In this document: one piece after another, positions 35,520-50,024 of the stretch | Layout: each line of letters begins with the position of its first letter | Numbering within the stretch: the first letter of the stretch is position 1 | From: Fistulifera solaris | Taxonomy: Eukaryota | NCBI GenBank assembly: GCA_030295235.1 | Contig: AP026144.1 | Span: 620,001 to 684,000 of the forward strand | DNA: 64,000 bases | Direction of reading: 5' to 3' | Notes under the pieces: model-generated | Databases searched by the model: none | Told to the model about the DNA's origin: nothing | Seen by the model: the letters and a program-made list of their open reading frames with translations, nothing else | Translations under genes and position numbers: made by a program

Positions 35520-38500
35520 TCAATCGACGGGCAAGTACTTCGCCTTGACATACTCGTACCGCTTGGGCACCACTTTGGCCAACAGCCACTCGGAGCTAAA
35601 GTGCTGGGGCATCGAAGGCGTTTGATAGATACGCCCTCCATAATCCAAACAACTGTAGTAAGTATTGAGTGCCGTTTGCACGCTCTTGATATTCTTCCAG
35701 GGAGATGTATTTCGAACAAAATCCAACAATTCCAAATGGTCACGGAATTCGAGGGCCACACTGTCCGTGTCATCCTCGACCGGCGGCAAATCTTCGTCTT
35801 TCCTCGAACTGGAGAGAATGTTCGCTGCACCCAGACCAATGATACTCGAACGAAGGCGATTCCATAAGCGATTGAAAAAGGCCTGTTGTTCTCCAACGGG
35901 TACGTCTTTTCGTTGCACGGCATGACGAGTTTTGGCTTCCGTGATGGACGCTTTGATTTCGTTGGATACCATGGGACAGCGCAGCATGTGTTTCTCCAGA
36001 ACCGTTGACGCCGTACTCATACTCTCTAAGGAAGAAAAGAAATAACGACCCTCGCCCCACTTTCCAATACAGTGCCGACAGGCCATTCCGGGGTACCCAA
36101 CGTGGATGCGACGATTTTTCTTTTCCGTATCCTCTTCGGTCGCCCGTATTGGAATGACTTGCTCCATGACCAGCACGACAAAATCCGTCAAAAGAGGTCT
36201 TCCATCGGCAGTAACCTTGTCACTCTCAATGATTATCTCCGTAAGTTCATGCGCTTTTTCAGCTGTGGTCTCAGAACCGGAGTGCAATATTTCAGCCGTC
36301 CACCTAAAGCGGAAACGGCAGGGCTCAAATCGTCGGCATAATGCTCTGGTTCAGGCTGCATATGCGTTGGTAGCATTTTTGTCACATTCACTGTGAACAC
36401 ATCGACAAATTCTCGGATGACCTGAAAACTGTCGCTAATCTGTTGCAACGGTAAACTGGATTGCTGTAAAATACTCGGGAGAACAAGTAGCATTTGCAAC
36501 AGTGTTTCGCTCCCGTACTTCAAAAAACTTTTCTCAGTACTCGCGTCGACAGCCTTCCATCCGAGACTTTCGGCCATTAGGGGAGCGAATACATTGTAGC
36601 AATCGAGAGTAGCATTCAGAATTGATTTGGCTTTCTCACGAGAGTGATTGTCTCCTGGGTCCAACTCTTTTGGATCCATTGATAGACATGGTCCGCTGCT
36701 GCTTCAACTGTAATTAAGTGGCCATTCTCAGACTCGCGATTCTTCGTAGTTTCAAGTACTATTCGCTGCGTCAGTTTGCCCACAGCTCCCCAGCCGAGTT
36801 TCTCGACTTCGCGGACCAGTCTTAGTCTCTTTCTATTCCCTTCATTTTTCGTTGGGTTGGATCGTTTCAGCTTGCCGATCTTTGGCGGAAAGAAGGTAAT
36901 GTCATCAGCACTTTCTCCTGCCTCGAGGCGCCATCGCTGTTCTCGCAGAGCAGGCCATACGATTCCAAGGAAAAATTGATAAGATGCCGGGACGGCATCC
37001 GATGACGACCCGTCGATCTTTAAATCGCTCGGCGATAGAGGGATCGTGCACGCCACCCCAAGAAATCTTTCGGGGACGACGATATTAATGTTTTCGTTAA
37101 GCGAACTAGTTTCAAGTAATGCCTTGACCGTGTCGATAACTTTTGCGCCACTTTTTTCACCCCCGTCGAACAGAACTAAAATGTTCTTCAACAACACCTT
37201 TGCGATAACGGAAAGAATACCTCGATACCAGCTCAATGCAACTTCCTCGAAGTTCTTGACCTCTTCTACAGGTTTGAAAATGACCCTGGCCGGATTTGAA
37301 TGAGGGTCGCTGCAAGCGACTACTGAAACCTTCTTGTTTAGCACGTCCGCTGTACCATAAACATCATGCAATTGAAGGCACTCTATGCTCGGCCTTTCAA
37401 AGGAAGTAAAGGTTATAATTGTTGATTTCATTCTTTCCAGTCGTTCAGCTGCAGCAAGGTCAGGCGCTGCGAACAAGCTTTGACGAGATCTTCTACGAAT
37501 AACGGGAACCGTCCTCTAGCCAATTCAAACCAGTTCTCCCTAACGTGCGATCTGCACAGTGGGTGGTCTTCCACAAAGGACATGATATCGTCGGAAACAG
37601 CTGACATCGCTCGCTTGTAGGGTTCCGCTTCGGGACTCATAGGGCAGCTAGGAATCGTGGGCCAGCAGAAAAGAGCATCGACAATTTCTTTGACCTCGCC
37701 AGAAATGTCTTTTTTATACTTCACAATTCGTCTGGATAACCAATGCAATCGTTGACTTATGGCGTCTCCACTCTTGGACGTGCCCTCCGCTGGGTCATTC
37801 CATTCATTCAGATACTTGCCATGCGCCCACTTGAGGATCTCGCAAAGATCCTCCTCCGAGAGGACTTGAATGAGATTACCAATAACAATCTGAAGATTAT
37901 CGGCAGCGTGCTTTTCACGTGAAAGGAGCGTGGCAAGCGAAGGAAATTTCAAAGGGATCGTCTGCCCTTTTTGCATGGGATTTTTTACGAAGAGAAAAAG
38001 TTGGGTGCCCGACTCTCGTCTAGCAATCAAGACATTCGTGTCGTCGGCTGGTGCGATTTCTGGAAAACTAGTGCTGGACTGTTGGCCAAGCAAATATTCT
38101 TGAATGAGGAGTTTCAGTGGCGCGAGATCTTGAATTTGGGGAACTTGGACACCACAGCAGCTTAAGTCAATCAGCCCACAACCTAACGCAACAGTTGAAA
38201 ACGGTTGACGAGAATCGTGTGTCCCAAAGTCAATGGGCTGGATTAATGAGGCCATTGGAAGTACCGGAAGTGCCAGCGATGCCAACTCTGGTCGCAGGAG
38301 CTCTACCGTTTGGATCGGGTGATTTGTCTTGAAGGGATGGCTAGCTGTACCTTTATAAGTAACAAAATAACACGGCTCCAGACCTTTTGCCTTCTTTCGC
38401 ACCGATATTTCAAAATCGAAACGCATTGAACCTGGAAAGATTGAGTAACAATCTCTTCGGCATTGCGAGCTTGGTTGGTGCGCCGCCCTCTGACTTACCT

Positions 38501-41500
38501 TGTCCCCGCACAACAGAAATGTCTACCTTCGATCTACCGGATAATATTTCCTCATCAGCGATATTCTTAAGAGGCGGTAATGGCTGAATAATAAGCTTTC
38601 GAGGAGAACCATGGGCAGCGATATCGCCTTTTGTATCATTCGGCCCCTCTTTACTAAGATTTTGCTTGCGGCGGACACCAGTAGCGCGAATCGTGGTGTT
38701 AGGTTCAGTAGCTGCAAGGTCCTTTAGCCCCATATCTGTGGCAGCTTTCCGACACTGTGCTTTCCATCCGCTTACGGACGCAATGGCACCAAGTCCCTTA
38801 AGTTCCGGCATCCCGTTCTGAATCCTAAATTCCACAAATTGCTCGGCAATCTCAGTCGTCCGTTGGGAAAGAAACTGCTCCCCAGTTGTGATACCAATAG
38901 ACCTAAGAAATTTCTTTGTGATGGCACTAAGCACCGAGAAAGGATCTGACAGATCCGAAGGGGTTACCTTTTTATAACTGGCTTGGATTCTTTTGGCACG
39001 CTCTCTTTCGCTTTGGTAGGCCGCATTGGAGTTTTTGTCGAGACCACTGTCCGCTTCTTGTCACGCAACACATCTAGCCATTGTTGGATCACTACGTGGC
39101 AAGCTTCGACGGAATCTGCCATTCCGCATTCCTGCATCTTCTTGGCGACCAGTGGATTTTTTCTCGAGCTTGGCAGCCTCTAATTGTGAAGCCGTAGCGA
39201 CTCGGAATTGAACAAGAAAATCAGCCACGCTCTTTCCAAGACAGTGTTCCACAAAAAGAGGAGAATGGGAAGCATAGTCGATGCTCACTGTCGACGTGGA
39301 GAAGAAGTTGGTCACTGGCTTTTTCACGGCTACTTCGGGTTGCTCCGTTTCGTCGTGAATTACAGGGGTCTCCTTCGATGCCTCTTTTCAAGGTCGACAT
39401 CGGTCAAAATCTTACCCGTCCCTTTTACGGCATCGTCCTCTTCTCTTAGCATTGCCTTCCACGCGGAAATCATGGCTACCTTGCCTGACCCTTTAAGAGT
39501 ATTAAGTCCTTTCTCCTCGCGCCACGAAGCAAGGTCGATCGAAAGGGATTTAGTTTTCGAATCTAAAAATTGCCACGACGCACTCATCCCAAGTCTTCCA
39601 ACAATGTATTCTTGAGATGCACCGGTACAGACAATTCTGATAGTGTCGTGAAAACACGTGAGATTCCGACCAAGATGTCAAACACGCGTCATCCAGTCAA
39701 TTCAAACTTACAACGACCCACCCATCCAACGTCGAGTCTTGTCATCGAGAGGCAAACGGGAACCAATTGCAGTCTCCAAACGGGTCGACAGACCAAGAAG
39801 GTGTCGTGCTAGAGCGAGATGGTTTAAGTATGGCAACTGGCATTGGTGACGGAAGATCCGCATCATTTCACAGAGTGCTCCAGTTTCAGTTCGACGAGTA
39901 CGAAGAAAGTCAAATAAAGACACTAGTTTTGCTGTGGCAAAAAGCTTCGTGTCGGAGCAGGTATTAGAACAGAGATAGGGCCACTAAGGGGAAACTGATC
40001 TTCCCCTCGTGTAGATCTTGGCGGTGTCCGTTTCAAACAGCTCAGCCATTCTTTCATCTTGGCTTCAGCACGAATGACATCTTCTTCCTCTTTCGGCGTA
40101 ACCTGCAAATTTTGCCGTTTTGCAAGGAGATCCTCGACACCTGAAATGATTTCTCTTTCTCGTCTCATGTACGAAGCGAGAATAGGATGCAAACCCGGTG
40201 CTGAAAGGATAGTTTTAGAGTCCGTGAGATCGTTTGCACTGGGTTTGGGCATGTTAAAGGGGTTCGAGGAGGTTGCTTCTTGTTTCTCTTCACTTTGAAC
40301 ATCATGGTCCATAGCTACTCCATGTTCGTCTGCAAGAGGTCTATCGTCAGTACTTGTCAAGGATACATAATTTGATGAAGATAACACTGTTTCTCCTGTT
40401 TTGTCATCAGCGGCCTCCGATTCAAAATTTTCAGACTGAGCAACAACCTCGCCACACTGGGTGGAATCTTGAAGAGAAGGAACTGGCACGTGCTTGCCCG
40501 TTTTGCATTCTTCCACCAACGCCCTCACGACTGCTTTTCGGTGCTCTTCATACATTTTCTTTTCCTCTGGGCGCCGCTCGAAATAATATTTTTCGGCTAA
40601 TTTGTCACGGAGCTTCAAACGACATGTTTCAGCTTGATCTTTCCACTGCGACTTTTCCTCCAAATTCATGACCGTGTCGCGATCAAAGGAACTAGGATCT
40701 AAAACGTTTAGCAACTGCTTTTTCGTAAAGATCCATACAGAAGCCGCAAGGAACTTGCAGTCGGCTTCTATCAGATAATCAAGTAAGTCCGTTGTATCTT
40801 CAACAAACGCAGCCGCTTGCTCCGTTTCTTTCCTTGCGTAAAGGATACGACGTATTGGTTTGGGCGCCCGCTTCCGATCCCTTCGAATATGTCTTGGGTC
40901 TTGCGATGACGGCTTCAACACCGACAAATCCAGAGGAGCATTCGCCGCAGCTTTCGCAGGAACTCCATTCCGTGACGACGAAACAACAGGGACATCCGGT
41001 TGGGACACAGGGGCATCTTGTCTCGAATTGTTGGCCGGCTTGCTAATCGGAGAACGTGTTCCAGTAACAATGGCGAAAATGTCCTGCTTGCGCATAGCCT
41101 GCATTTTTCCAAAGTCATGGCTGTCGAAGGTGCGGGCTTTGATAATACAGTGATTCTCGGTTCCGCTTTGTCAGCAATCGGTCTAATCAAACCTGACGAT
41201 AAACCTTTTAATTGTTCGTCGAGTGCACACACCGGAACAGATCCCGCTTGATTGAATAAGTTTCTGCCGCCTTGAGGAATTACAGGCGCTGCAATTAGTT
41301 TTTCCGCGGAGCTGACATCATTTGCTTGGCTCGAATCTATTTCTGATTTCATCTTCTTGACACTGGGTTCGCCAATATTAGCCGTCTCATCCCCTTTCTG
41401 TGGCGGATTTTCTCCCTTACTCTGAGTAGCAGAAGGCATATCTAGAAATTTGCTCTCCGTAAGCATAACTTCTTCAGCTTTACGTTTCTTGGGAGAAAGG

Positions 41501-41713
41501 ACCAAGGTAGTTCCATCCTTCGAAGAGTTAGGCAACGTAGGACCCCCGGGAGGACCAGTCACAAACTGATTTTTGAAGCGTAGGCGGCGTTGGGATCATG
41601 AACGGTGACTTTTCTAATTTACCACGCATCAAAGCTTGGACTTCATCTCCGTTATTATGATTCAGTGAGTTCTCTTCCACCGATACCTGATCGGGGTTTT
41701 CAAAGGGATCCAT
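35520..41713 (-). CDS. large (roughly 2000 aa) hypothetical protein with internal helical repeats and C-terminal Cys/His domain (multiple frameshifts)
   Basis: Chain of overlapping minus-strand ORFs from 41528 down to 35520. The C-terminal part contains GYPGMACRHC...GRYFF...KHMLRCP...FFNRLWNRL. Confidence 0.6.
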
Positions 41714-42566
41714 GTGGGAGATATCCTGCGGAAATTAGCGTCTGATAAAAATAACAAAAATTAGCATTTGAGTTTCTTCATAATCGATCAAAACAATGAA
41801 ATTAAAATTCATGATGCTGTTAGTTTTTGATGGTGGAGACTTCACGAACTGGATAGAGTCATTCCTTGTCATTAGGTAGATTTATACGTAGCTTGGAGTA
41901 CCGGTACCGAGTTAAAGCTGACCAGTTTTTAAAAGTGTAGTCAAGAGAGTACAACGAATCCCCACAGCTATGTCAGTCAAACGATGGGTGAAAAAGTGCA
42001 AAGCAGCCGCCTCGTCCTGGCTGGTCGAATTTTTGGCAACGAAACAATGCAAGGTCGACATTCAAATCATTCGAATGTTTCCAAAAAGCTAGCAATTAAT
42101 TTTATTTATCAATTTCTTACCTGAGAATAAAAATCAAATGGAAGGACAACAAAGTCGCGCGTCTTAATCCTTTCACGAAGTTGTCACGAGCGATTGTGGG
42201 AAAACGGCGGTCGGCGCATTTGTGGGCCATTTCGCTCGAAAAGAACTTTTTCGCGCGACAATCGCGCGCGGAGTGGTCGTGCTTTTAGTGTTCACTTTAG
42301 TGTTGCAATGCGAAGAGGAGAAACGGTAAGACTTTCTCAAGTGATCCTTTACCCTAATGATTAAAGGAAAAGTAGGCATGCAAGGCAAAATTTTGTCGTC
42401 ATTCATCGTGATCAAGAAACGGAGACAAAAAGGAGATTGTTAGTGTTAATATCGATACGCTTCGCTTCTCTTTGCCATTTCGGACGCAAATAGATACCTT
42501 TGACAGAGTTTCAGTACAGGTTAGTGAAACGCTACTCATAGAGACAGTATTTCCCGTTGAAGCAAC

Positions 42567-43618
42567 ATGAAGCCGCACTGGTGCTTAGCACTTGTCATCC
42601 CTTCGATCGTCACTTGTTTTAACATCCCACCTTCTCCCAGAGCAAAAAGTATTTCGCTCTACCCTTTGAGATCCACTAATTTTGATGAAGAATGTTGGAA
42701 TCCAAGGCTTCGTCGTATTGTCGGCGGAATTGCAGTGGCGGGTACACTCGAAACCTCCTTTCTGACCTACAGCAAGCTAGCCGAGTCGTCGGCGGCGGAA
42801 CAACTGTGCAGTATTACCGGCGGTAGCTGCTCATCTGTTCTGAATGGTCCCTATGCTGTTATTCCTGGATCCGAGATACCATTGGCTGCGGTGGGAGTCG
42901 TTGCGTATGTCACTGTGGCGGCTTTGGCGTTGGGCCCGACCCTGGCCAATTCACCGAAAGATGACACTGACAACCGGATTTTATTGACGGCTGTCGCCAC
43001 ATCTATGGGTGTGTTTTCTGTGTTTTTAATGACTTTGCTCTTTGGAGTACTAAAAGAGTCATGTGCCTTCTGCGTTGCTTCCGCCATTTTCTCCATCTCG
43101 ATGGCCAAACTATTGTGGTTGGGTGGTTGTCTTCCCGAGGAAAATGCAAAACGGGCGTTTCGGCCAGCATCAGCAGCGGCTTCGTCGCCTTTATGGCCGC
43201 AATAGTGCTATTTACGAGCAACATACCTCCGACATCCGCCGTCAACTTTGCCGGTCAGCTCGTAGGTTCATCAACCAGCCTTGTCGCTGGAGAGTCACCA
43301 CCCACCATAACCACCACATCTTCCACAAAAGCCATGGTGTTAGCCAAGAAAATGCAAACAATGGATACGCGTTTTTACGGAGCTTTTTGGTGCAGCCACT
43401 GCTTTGACCAAAAGCAAGCCATGGGTAAAGAAGCTATGGCAATGATACCGTACATTGAATGTAGTCGAGACGGACTGAACGCCCAGACCAAGCTGTGCAA
43501 GGAAAAAGACGTACCCGGTTACCCAACGTGGGAGATCAACGGAAAGCTATATCCCGGCGAAAAAACGTTGGATGAACTGGAGGAGATTGTGAAGAATGCT
43601 GCCCTTCCAGCACGGTAG
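42567..43618 (+). CDS. LTO1: plastid VKOR-thioredoxin fusion (LTO1-like thiol-disulfide oxidoreductase)
   Basis: Signal peptide ending VTC-F, CSITGGSCSSVLNGPYA, CAFC, then YGAFWCSHC, YIECS, VPGYPTWEING. One frameshift near 43145. Confidence 0.9.
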
Positions 43619-43748
43619 GAACATCGCTATCAAGTAGAATTTTCATTCTAATTTTAAAATTACATGCTAAGAAGTGCATTCTGTGAGATTGCAACGACAA
43701 AAAAGTCGACGATTTCGTTAAAAGAGAGGCAGTTGTAACAGTGAAAAA

Positions 43749-45313
43749 TCAACTAGAATCCATGTCTTCCATCACCTCGTCATCGATTCCAGCGTCCATC
43801 GATATGGTTGTAATATTGGAGGGTATGTGGCTATTATTTGCATTCGCTCGCTCAACTCGATCCAGAAATTCTGCAGCATCAACTCCATGCATCACAATTT
43901 GTTCCACAACAGTGTTGTAGGAATGGCAGTTATTGCATTTGACACCCAAAAAGTGCCACCGTAGATTGGACTCTCGAACTTCACAATCATTACAATATAT
44001 ATTGACAACACGAGCCATATCGGGAGGTACTGGCTGCAGCGAGATACCCATGGAAATGGCGGACCACGTCGAAGCCATCTGTTCCGGCGTTTCGGCCGTC
44101 TTTTTGCACACCGGACATCGACTATCGTAGGATGTCAGTTCTTTGAAACAGTGCCAGTGAATGGCATGCCCACACGGCATTTCGTGCGATGCGTGTCGAC
44201 TGCTGAACAAGTCTTCTTGACATATCGGACAATTTGACATGTATTTTCCAGACTTACAGTTGTGATCATTAAATAAGATAGCATCAATGCACATTCCGCA
44301 ATCGTGGCAATGGCGGAAATTTTCACGACCGCCTACTCGACAAAATCCACAATCGCTGCAATGGTACGGGCTATCTTTATTGGACATCCAAAGATTACAA
44401 ATGTTACAGTGATATTCACCGAACTGAACGTGACACACGATGCATTCGTTGCTTTGTGTTGCAAAGGCGGCCGTTTAGATTATCCAAAAAAATGCGGATC
44501 CATGCACATCAATCGCACTTACGTTTTACTGGATTGCCGGGTAAAGCACTCTCGACAAATAACCTCCGCTATTTTAAAACGATCAATGGGATGATGATTT
44601 TCTTCATCCGTCCCACCTCCTAAATCGGCTGGCATCGAACGACGACGCTCTTGTTGGGCTTTCATTTTATTGGCAAAATGCTCATCCCCTTTGCGCAGTT
44701 CCATCGGAGGCGGCAGCACCGGACAATCGTCGTGACAAATCCGACAACCAAAGGCTAAACCACAACAAGGACTGACGATGGTACAATTTCGCTCGTAATG
44801 TTGACACGGCGGTCGTGACAACTCCATCAATCGCGCCAAGTAGGCCGGATTTTTGTTGAGATTGGAATTGTTGGTCGCATTCGCAGCGGCCACCACACGA
44901 TCATGGTCGTTCCAGTCTTGCAACGAATACGAGCGACCGTGTAGTTGTCGATATGACGTACCCCGTGGAAGCAGTTGCTGGTAACTGGCGTGCGTGATTT
45001 CACTGGCGACCGAGCGGTGGTCGTCGGGGAAGACATCGCCGTATCCATAACTGGCATCATCTGTTCGAGCGGCTTCATTCAACATCATGGCGTCCGCAGA
45101 ATCATCGGAATAATAGGAAGAAACTCCGGTGGATGCAATGGAGCCTATCGAAGAGCGTCGCCGCCCATCCATCAACGCCTGAATGGATCTATTTTTCTCT
45201 TGTTGACTCAAATTGGGATCTCTCATGATACTTTTAATTTGTTTACGACGTTCATCCTGTTCCTCCGCCGACATACTCCGACTGGTAGTGGAATGGTTGT
45301 CATCGTTCTGCAT
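43749..45313 (-). CDS. CHY zinc finger / CTCHY / RING-H2 E3 ligase (Pirh2/RCHY1-like)
   Basis: CQHYERNC...PCC...CRICHD, YHCSDCGFCRVGG, CPICQEDLF..PCGHAIHWHC..CPVC, CNDC..HFLGVKC. Intron at 44452..44522. Confidence 0.92.
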
Positions 45314-46063
45314 GATAATGAGTAGATTGTTTGAATGAAAGGTGGTGTTTTGTGCGGCACCGATTGTGTCTGTGTGTGAAAGACGGAGTATGGCGGATCA
45401 ACTTGGATCTTTCCTCGGTTCTAAGAACAAGGAAGGATCTTTCACTCCTCCGCTACAAAGTATTTCGCGTTCAACGCCGTTGAAGGATAATGAATAATGA
45501 CACTCGTTCCGATCTGTAAAGGAGAGTTGATACGATGCCTGTCAATGGGATTCTGAGGGTCCAAAACACCATGGTCAAAACACGAAGTTTTGCCTCCCAA
45601 ACTTTGGGGCACGCGTCGCGATCGAATCTTTCACCGGACGGACGAAAGAACGCTGACCAGTGACCATGTGCCAGGTAGGTGACGTGTGACGCGACGAAGA
45701 AGGCAAGCTACAACCAATCAAAATCCATTCTAGGCAGAAGCCAATTCTGAAGTGTTGACTATGAAGTAGGAGAAATGAATACCAGGTAGTCTTTGTGCAC
45801 TGTGCACATTCTACTAACTCGCTTGTGACTTTCAACGGAGAAACGAGAAACACCGAAGACATTAACATTAACCCTTTGGTACTTACGCATTAAAGCGTGA
45901 GTCAGCAGATCAGTCCCGCGTACATGCATCGCATTTCGCATTCGGAGAAATGAAAAGTGAGTGAAGACGATTGACCTCGTAAAATAATAATACGTAGTAA
46001 TACGTAGTAATCATCATCAAAGTTCCAGCTTTCTCGAGGAGTAGCCAGTAATGCACTCAAAAG

Positions 46064-47404
46064 ATGGAAAATAAGAAGGAAGGACCAAATCCAGACAAAG
46101 AGGCTAGCGCGATAGATACGGATGGCGCGACGGAAGAACCTTCCAAGAACGAAGACAATCATGGAACAAAATTATCATCGAAAAGGCCACTTTACAAGCG
46201 CAAAGTCTTGAAAAGCTACATCACATTGACACTGGCATCGTTTATCAATTACGACTCGGCCCAGAAATCCTCCAATGTCTTTGGCTCGGGCGGTGTCCCC
46301 AGTACGATCGGTCAACGTCGGTATGCGGTGGCGGTGTCGATTGTTAGTTTCGTCTTGGCGACGACGACTGTCGTGGGACATTTAGACCGCTTTCTATTCG
46401 AAAGATTTTGGCGGGAAAAAGTGTTTCCTGTGGGTAGTCGCATCGAATTGGCCATATTAATGTTTTTGGTGACATGGTGGTCGGTAGGGACCGGCTTGCA
46501 AACGTCCGTGACGGGGCTCGCGGGTGATTCCAAGGGTCAATTCTCGTTTTACTTCTCGACATGGGCTTGTCTGTTGTCGTGTTTCTTTGCCTTGGACGCT
46601 TGGTTACAAGAGTCGGCAGACGAAGGCGTGAAAGCCTTCGTGACTAGTTGGCCGAATCGAGCACCGGCGTGGATTTGTATTGCGGTCTTGAGTTTATCCA
46701 CACTGGTGTGGTACATTGATTTGTGGAGGAACCACGAGAATTTGGATCGAGAAGAGGAAGAATTTATACAAGGTACGTAGCAATGACGGTTCGTGTTATG
46801 CTAATCAATCTCGACTGATTATGCGTTTTCCGACGTTTAGTTTACTTCGAAGCGATCCGCGAAGGTAGGTAAAGCAATGTTAATACAACGTAAGTTGACG
46901 ATGAAACTAACATACGTGAGCGCATCGAAAGGAATTTGGTATTGGCTGATCATTATAGCAACATTTACGCTTTTGTCTTCCGTCGGCTTTGTTATCATGG
47001 AAATCTTCAGGGCAACAAAAGATGAGAATATACGTCAACAGAGCGGCGTCAACGCCATAGAAGGTTCCTGCTTTGTTTTCTTAGCGATGGCCTGGATCCC
47101 AACCGTGATGGTGGCAACAACACCCGGCGGACCAGCCAATTTGATTGGCAACGCCTACTTTTCGACTTGGCTGTTGGTGATTTTCGTCTTTGAAGGATTG
47201 GTATGGTTCATTCACGACATGCGCCAGCGGATTCACAAGTCATTGAAAGAGAAGCAAGCAGAATATCGCACGAAGCAACAACAAATCCTGGAGGAAACGA
47301 GGACAATAAGAGACAAAAACAACTCAACCACGGCGATGTCAGACACGTCAGGGAAACGGGAGCGTAGCAACACAGAATATTTTGATGCAGTTGATGCTTT
47401 CTAG
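46064..47404 (+). CDS. multi-pass membrane protein with two 4-TM (MARVEL-like) halves
   Basis: Repeated pattern E..L..WW..T..G......YFSTW in both halves (SFYFSTW and NAYFSTW). Two short introns between about 46773 and 46931. Confidence 0.7.
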
Positions 47405-47528
47405 TTCATTACTGGTGGTGATCCTACTGAAAATTCACCATTTTTTCTGTGGGAATGTTTTATTAGTTTTAGCGATTGATAGCCGTGACAAACCTTTTGA
47501 ATTTTACAATTATTATAATACTATACGT

Positions 47529-49434
47529 TTAGAAGTCAGAACCATCTGTGATTGCGCTTATCTCATCACCAAGAACTTTGTCATCAGAATGATTCGCAAC
47601 GCCATTATTATTTGATGGCGAAGCTCTGTCCTTGTTCGTCCCTTTGCTGACCTCAATCCCTACCTCATCGTTCTGGTAAATCGAGTTTAGTGTGACATCT
47701 CGGGCATGATCTATTACCCCCAGACGTTCGCGTTGCATTCTATCGTCCCTGCCCTCATGACGTTCCGATTCACTGTGTCTCATTTCTCGCTGTGCTTCCT
47801 CCATCCGAAAAAAACCGTCTTGCTTTGACGCTTGACGGTGTCTGGCGTCAAATGTATAAACACGTTCATCTTCACTCGGTTCGTGATGCCTTTGAAACCG
47901 ACTCGGTTGCTCTTCCTCAATGAAGCTTTCGGCCAACATCTGTTCACCTCGATTGAGGGCGATGTCGATCTTTGTTCTGATCTTCGAAGAAACATCAGAG
48001 AATTCACCTTCTCGATGCCGCGCTGCTTCTCCATTGCTCTGTTCGTGATCGAGCAGGCGATTGAGAAGATCAAGACGAACTGTTCTCGCGGAATGTATTT
48101 CCTCTTGTTGCTGCAAAACGATCTCTTGAAGCTGGGCATGTTCTTCGCCAACGTAGGCCAATACTTCATGAGTCTCACTCGCGTGTTCTCTCAGCTGTAT
48201 GTACTTGTCGTTTGTCACTTCATACTTTTGACGGACTTGCTGTAGTTGTGTATGCAAGCTGGTAACTTCGTTTTCGAGTGTGTCACGCATAACACGGTCT
48301 TTTCGATCTTGCGACGTCAACAGCGCTCGTAGCTCGGCTATTTCGTTATTGCATTTGCGAAGCAATTCCTCTCGTTCTTCCTGGGCTTCCAAAACATACT
48401 GATCTAATGCCTTGGCATTGCGTTCCTCCAAAGCAGCTATTCGCTCCTCGTATTTTTCTTTTACGAGTTGAATCTCGCTCTCAATCAATCTTTCACAGTC
48501 AGCTTTCATTTCAGCTCTCATAACTGCAATTCTGCCTTCGTGTTCGGCTTCCAAGCGTTGAATATGGTGATCATGGAGAGCAGAACCAGTATGCTGTGAG
48601 GAATCGACGGTAGTTCGTGTCCCAACTGGGCTATCCGTCTTCACAATACTTGTCGTATTCACGGAGCCAGCCACCATGGCATTCGCATACAGCTTCATCA
48701 CTTTTACAGAAAACTTGGAGTCGCGGGCATGTTCTAATGGTATACGATCCCTCTTGTCTTTGATATAAACTGCTTTTGGGTATTGTGTCAGTAGCATCTC
48801 TAATAATTCTTCGTCGTCTTGCTTATGACGAAATGCGAGATGTAGGGGCAACATGCCCTGATCATCTCGCCGAGACGTAGCGGAAGGGTATTTTTCCAAT
48901 AGCGTTGAAACGATAAAGTTCGGAGATTGAAAGATAATTGCAGCATGTAGAGGTAAAAGCTTCCATCGGACTTTCAGACTACGATCCTTGCGCACAATCC
49001 ACGTTCGAACCTCCTCGGGATGAGAACGGCAGCGAGCGCGTGCCTTTTCCCAATTGGACGATTCCAGCAATTCATACAACGTTGTAGCTCCTTTATCATA
49101 ATCACAAGTCGTCTCCCCATGAATCTCTTCAAAGTACGAGCCATCGCCATCATTGTCGATTGTTTTAGGTGGCGTTGCACGTGGACTCCCCCCTAGTAAG
49201 AGGCCTGGCAGCTACACCTGTTGGAATTCTCGAAGAGGGCGAGCTTGAATATCGTGTCCTCGTTAACGATGTTGGAATGGATGTCTGACGTTGATCGGCC
49301 ATGCTTTGCAACTTGCTTGAATAATTCTGACCTGAAGTGCGGATTGGAATGTGAATTGAATTCAGCCGATCCATCGAGGATGTCAATCGCTCGATGGAGG
49401 GCGAAGGCACAGTGCGATCAAGACGAGCCACCAT
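47529..49434 (-). CDS. ankyrin-like repeat protein with long coiled coil
   Basis: LYELLESSNW, LLPLHAAI, GMLPLHLAF, RIPLEHA, followed by heptad-rich sequence. The N-terminus is joined through a frameshift near 49170. Confidence 0.75.
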
Positions 49435-50024
49435 GATAGATTAAAATTGGGTACGATCGATCCTGTGGAGTGGAAGACCGAGTATACGTCAAACACCTTT
49501 ATTGCTATGTTTCAAAGGTAATTTGGTGTCGTGGATCACAAAGTTTCAAATTTTCTTTGAAAAGCGATGGAGAGCGATCGCCCTTTCTTAAGCCTTGCAG
49601 TTTGGCGGCGTAAAAATTCGCCAGAATTCTTGAAGTGAGAACCGTATCTACTGTCCAGTCTGGAGCATATTGGAGAATTCCTGTTTAATTGCAGCGGGGC
49701 CCCGCGCGACAACGTTTGTTATCTAAAAACCGTCATCGATTTTCTTAGAATTGAAGTAAGGTCACAAGCGCCGACCGCACATCGGATTATAAGACGAGAT
49801 ATATTTAACAACTTAAGTTGGGGTACGACAGTTGAAGCTACAAAAGTGAGGTTTGTGAAATAATGGACACCAAAGTTTGCCGCCGACTTCGATTTTGCAC
49901 AAAGATCCATGCAACATTAACGAAGAAGTATCATTGCCACAATGCTGCAAAGAGAAATCATCACTAGCTAGCCCCTCTTCTATTCCTATAGGTCTCTTTT
50001 TGCATACCATTGTCATTTGCAACG

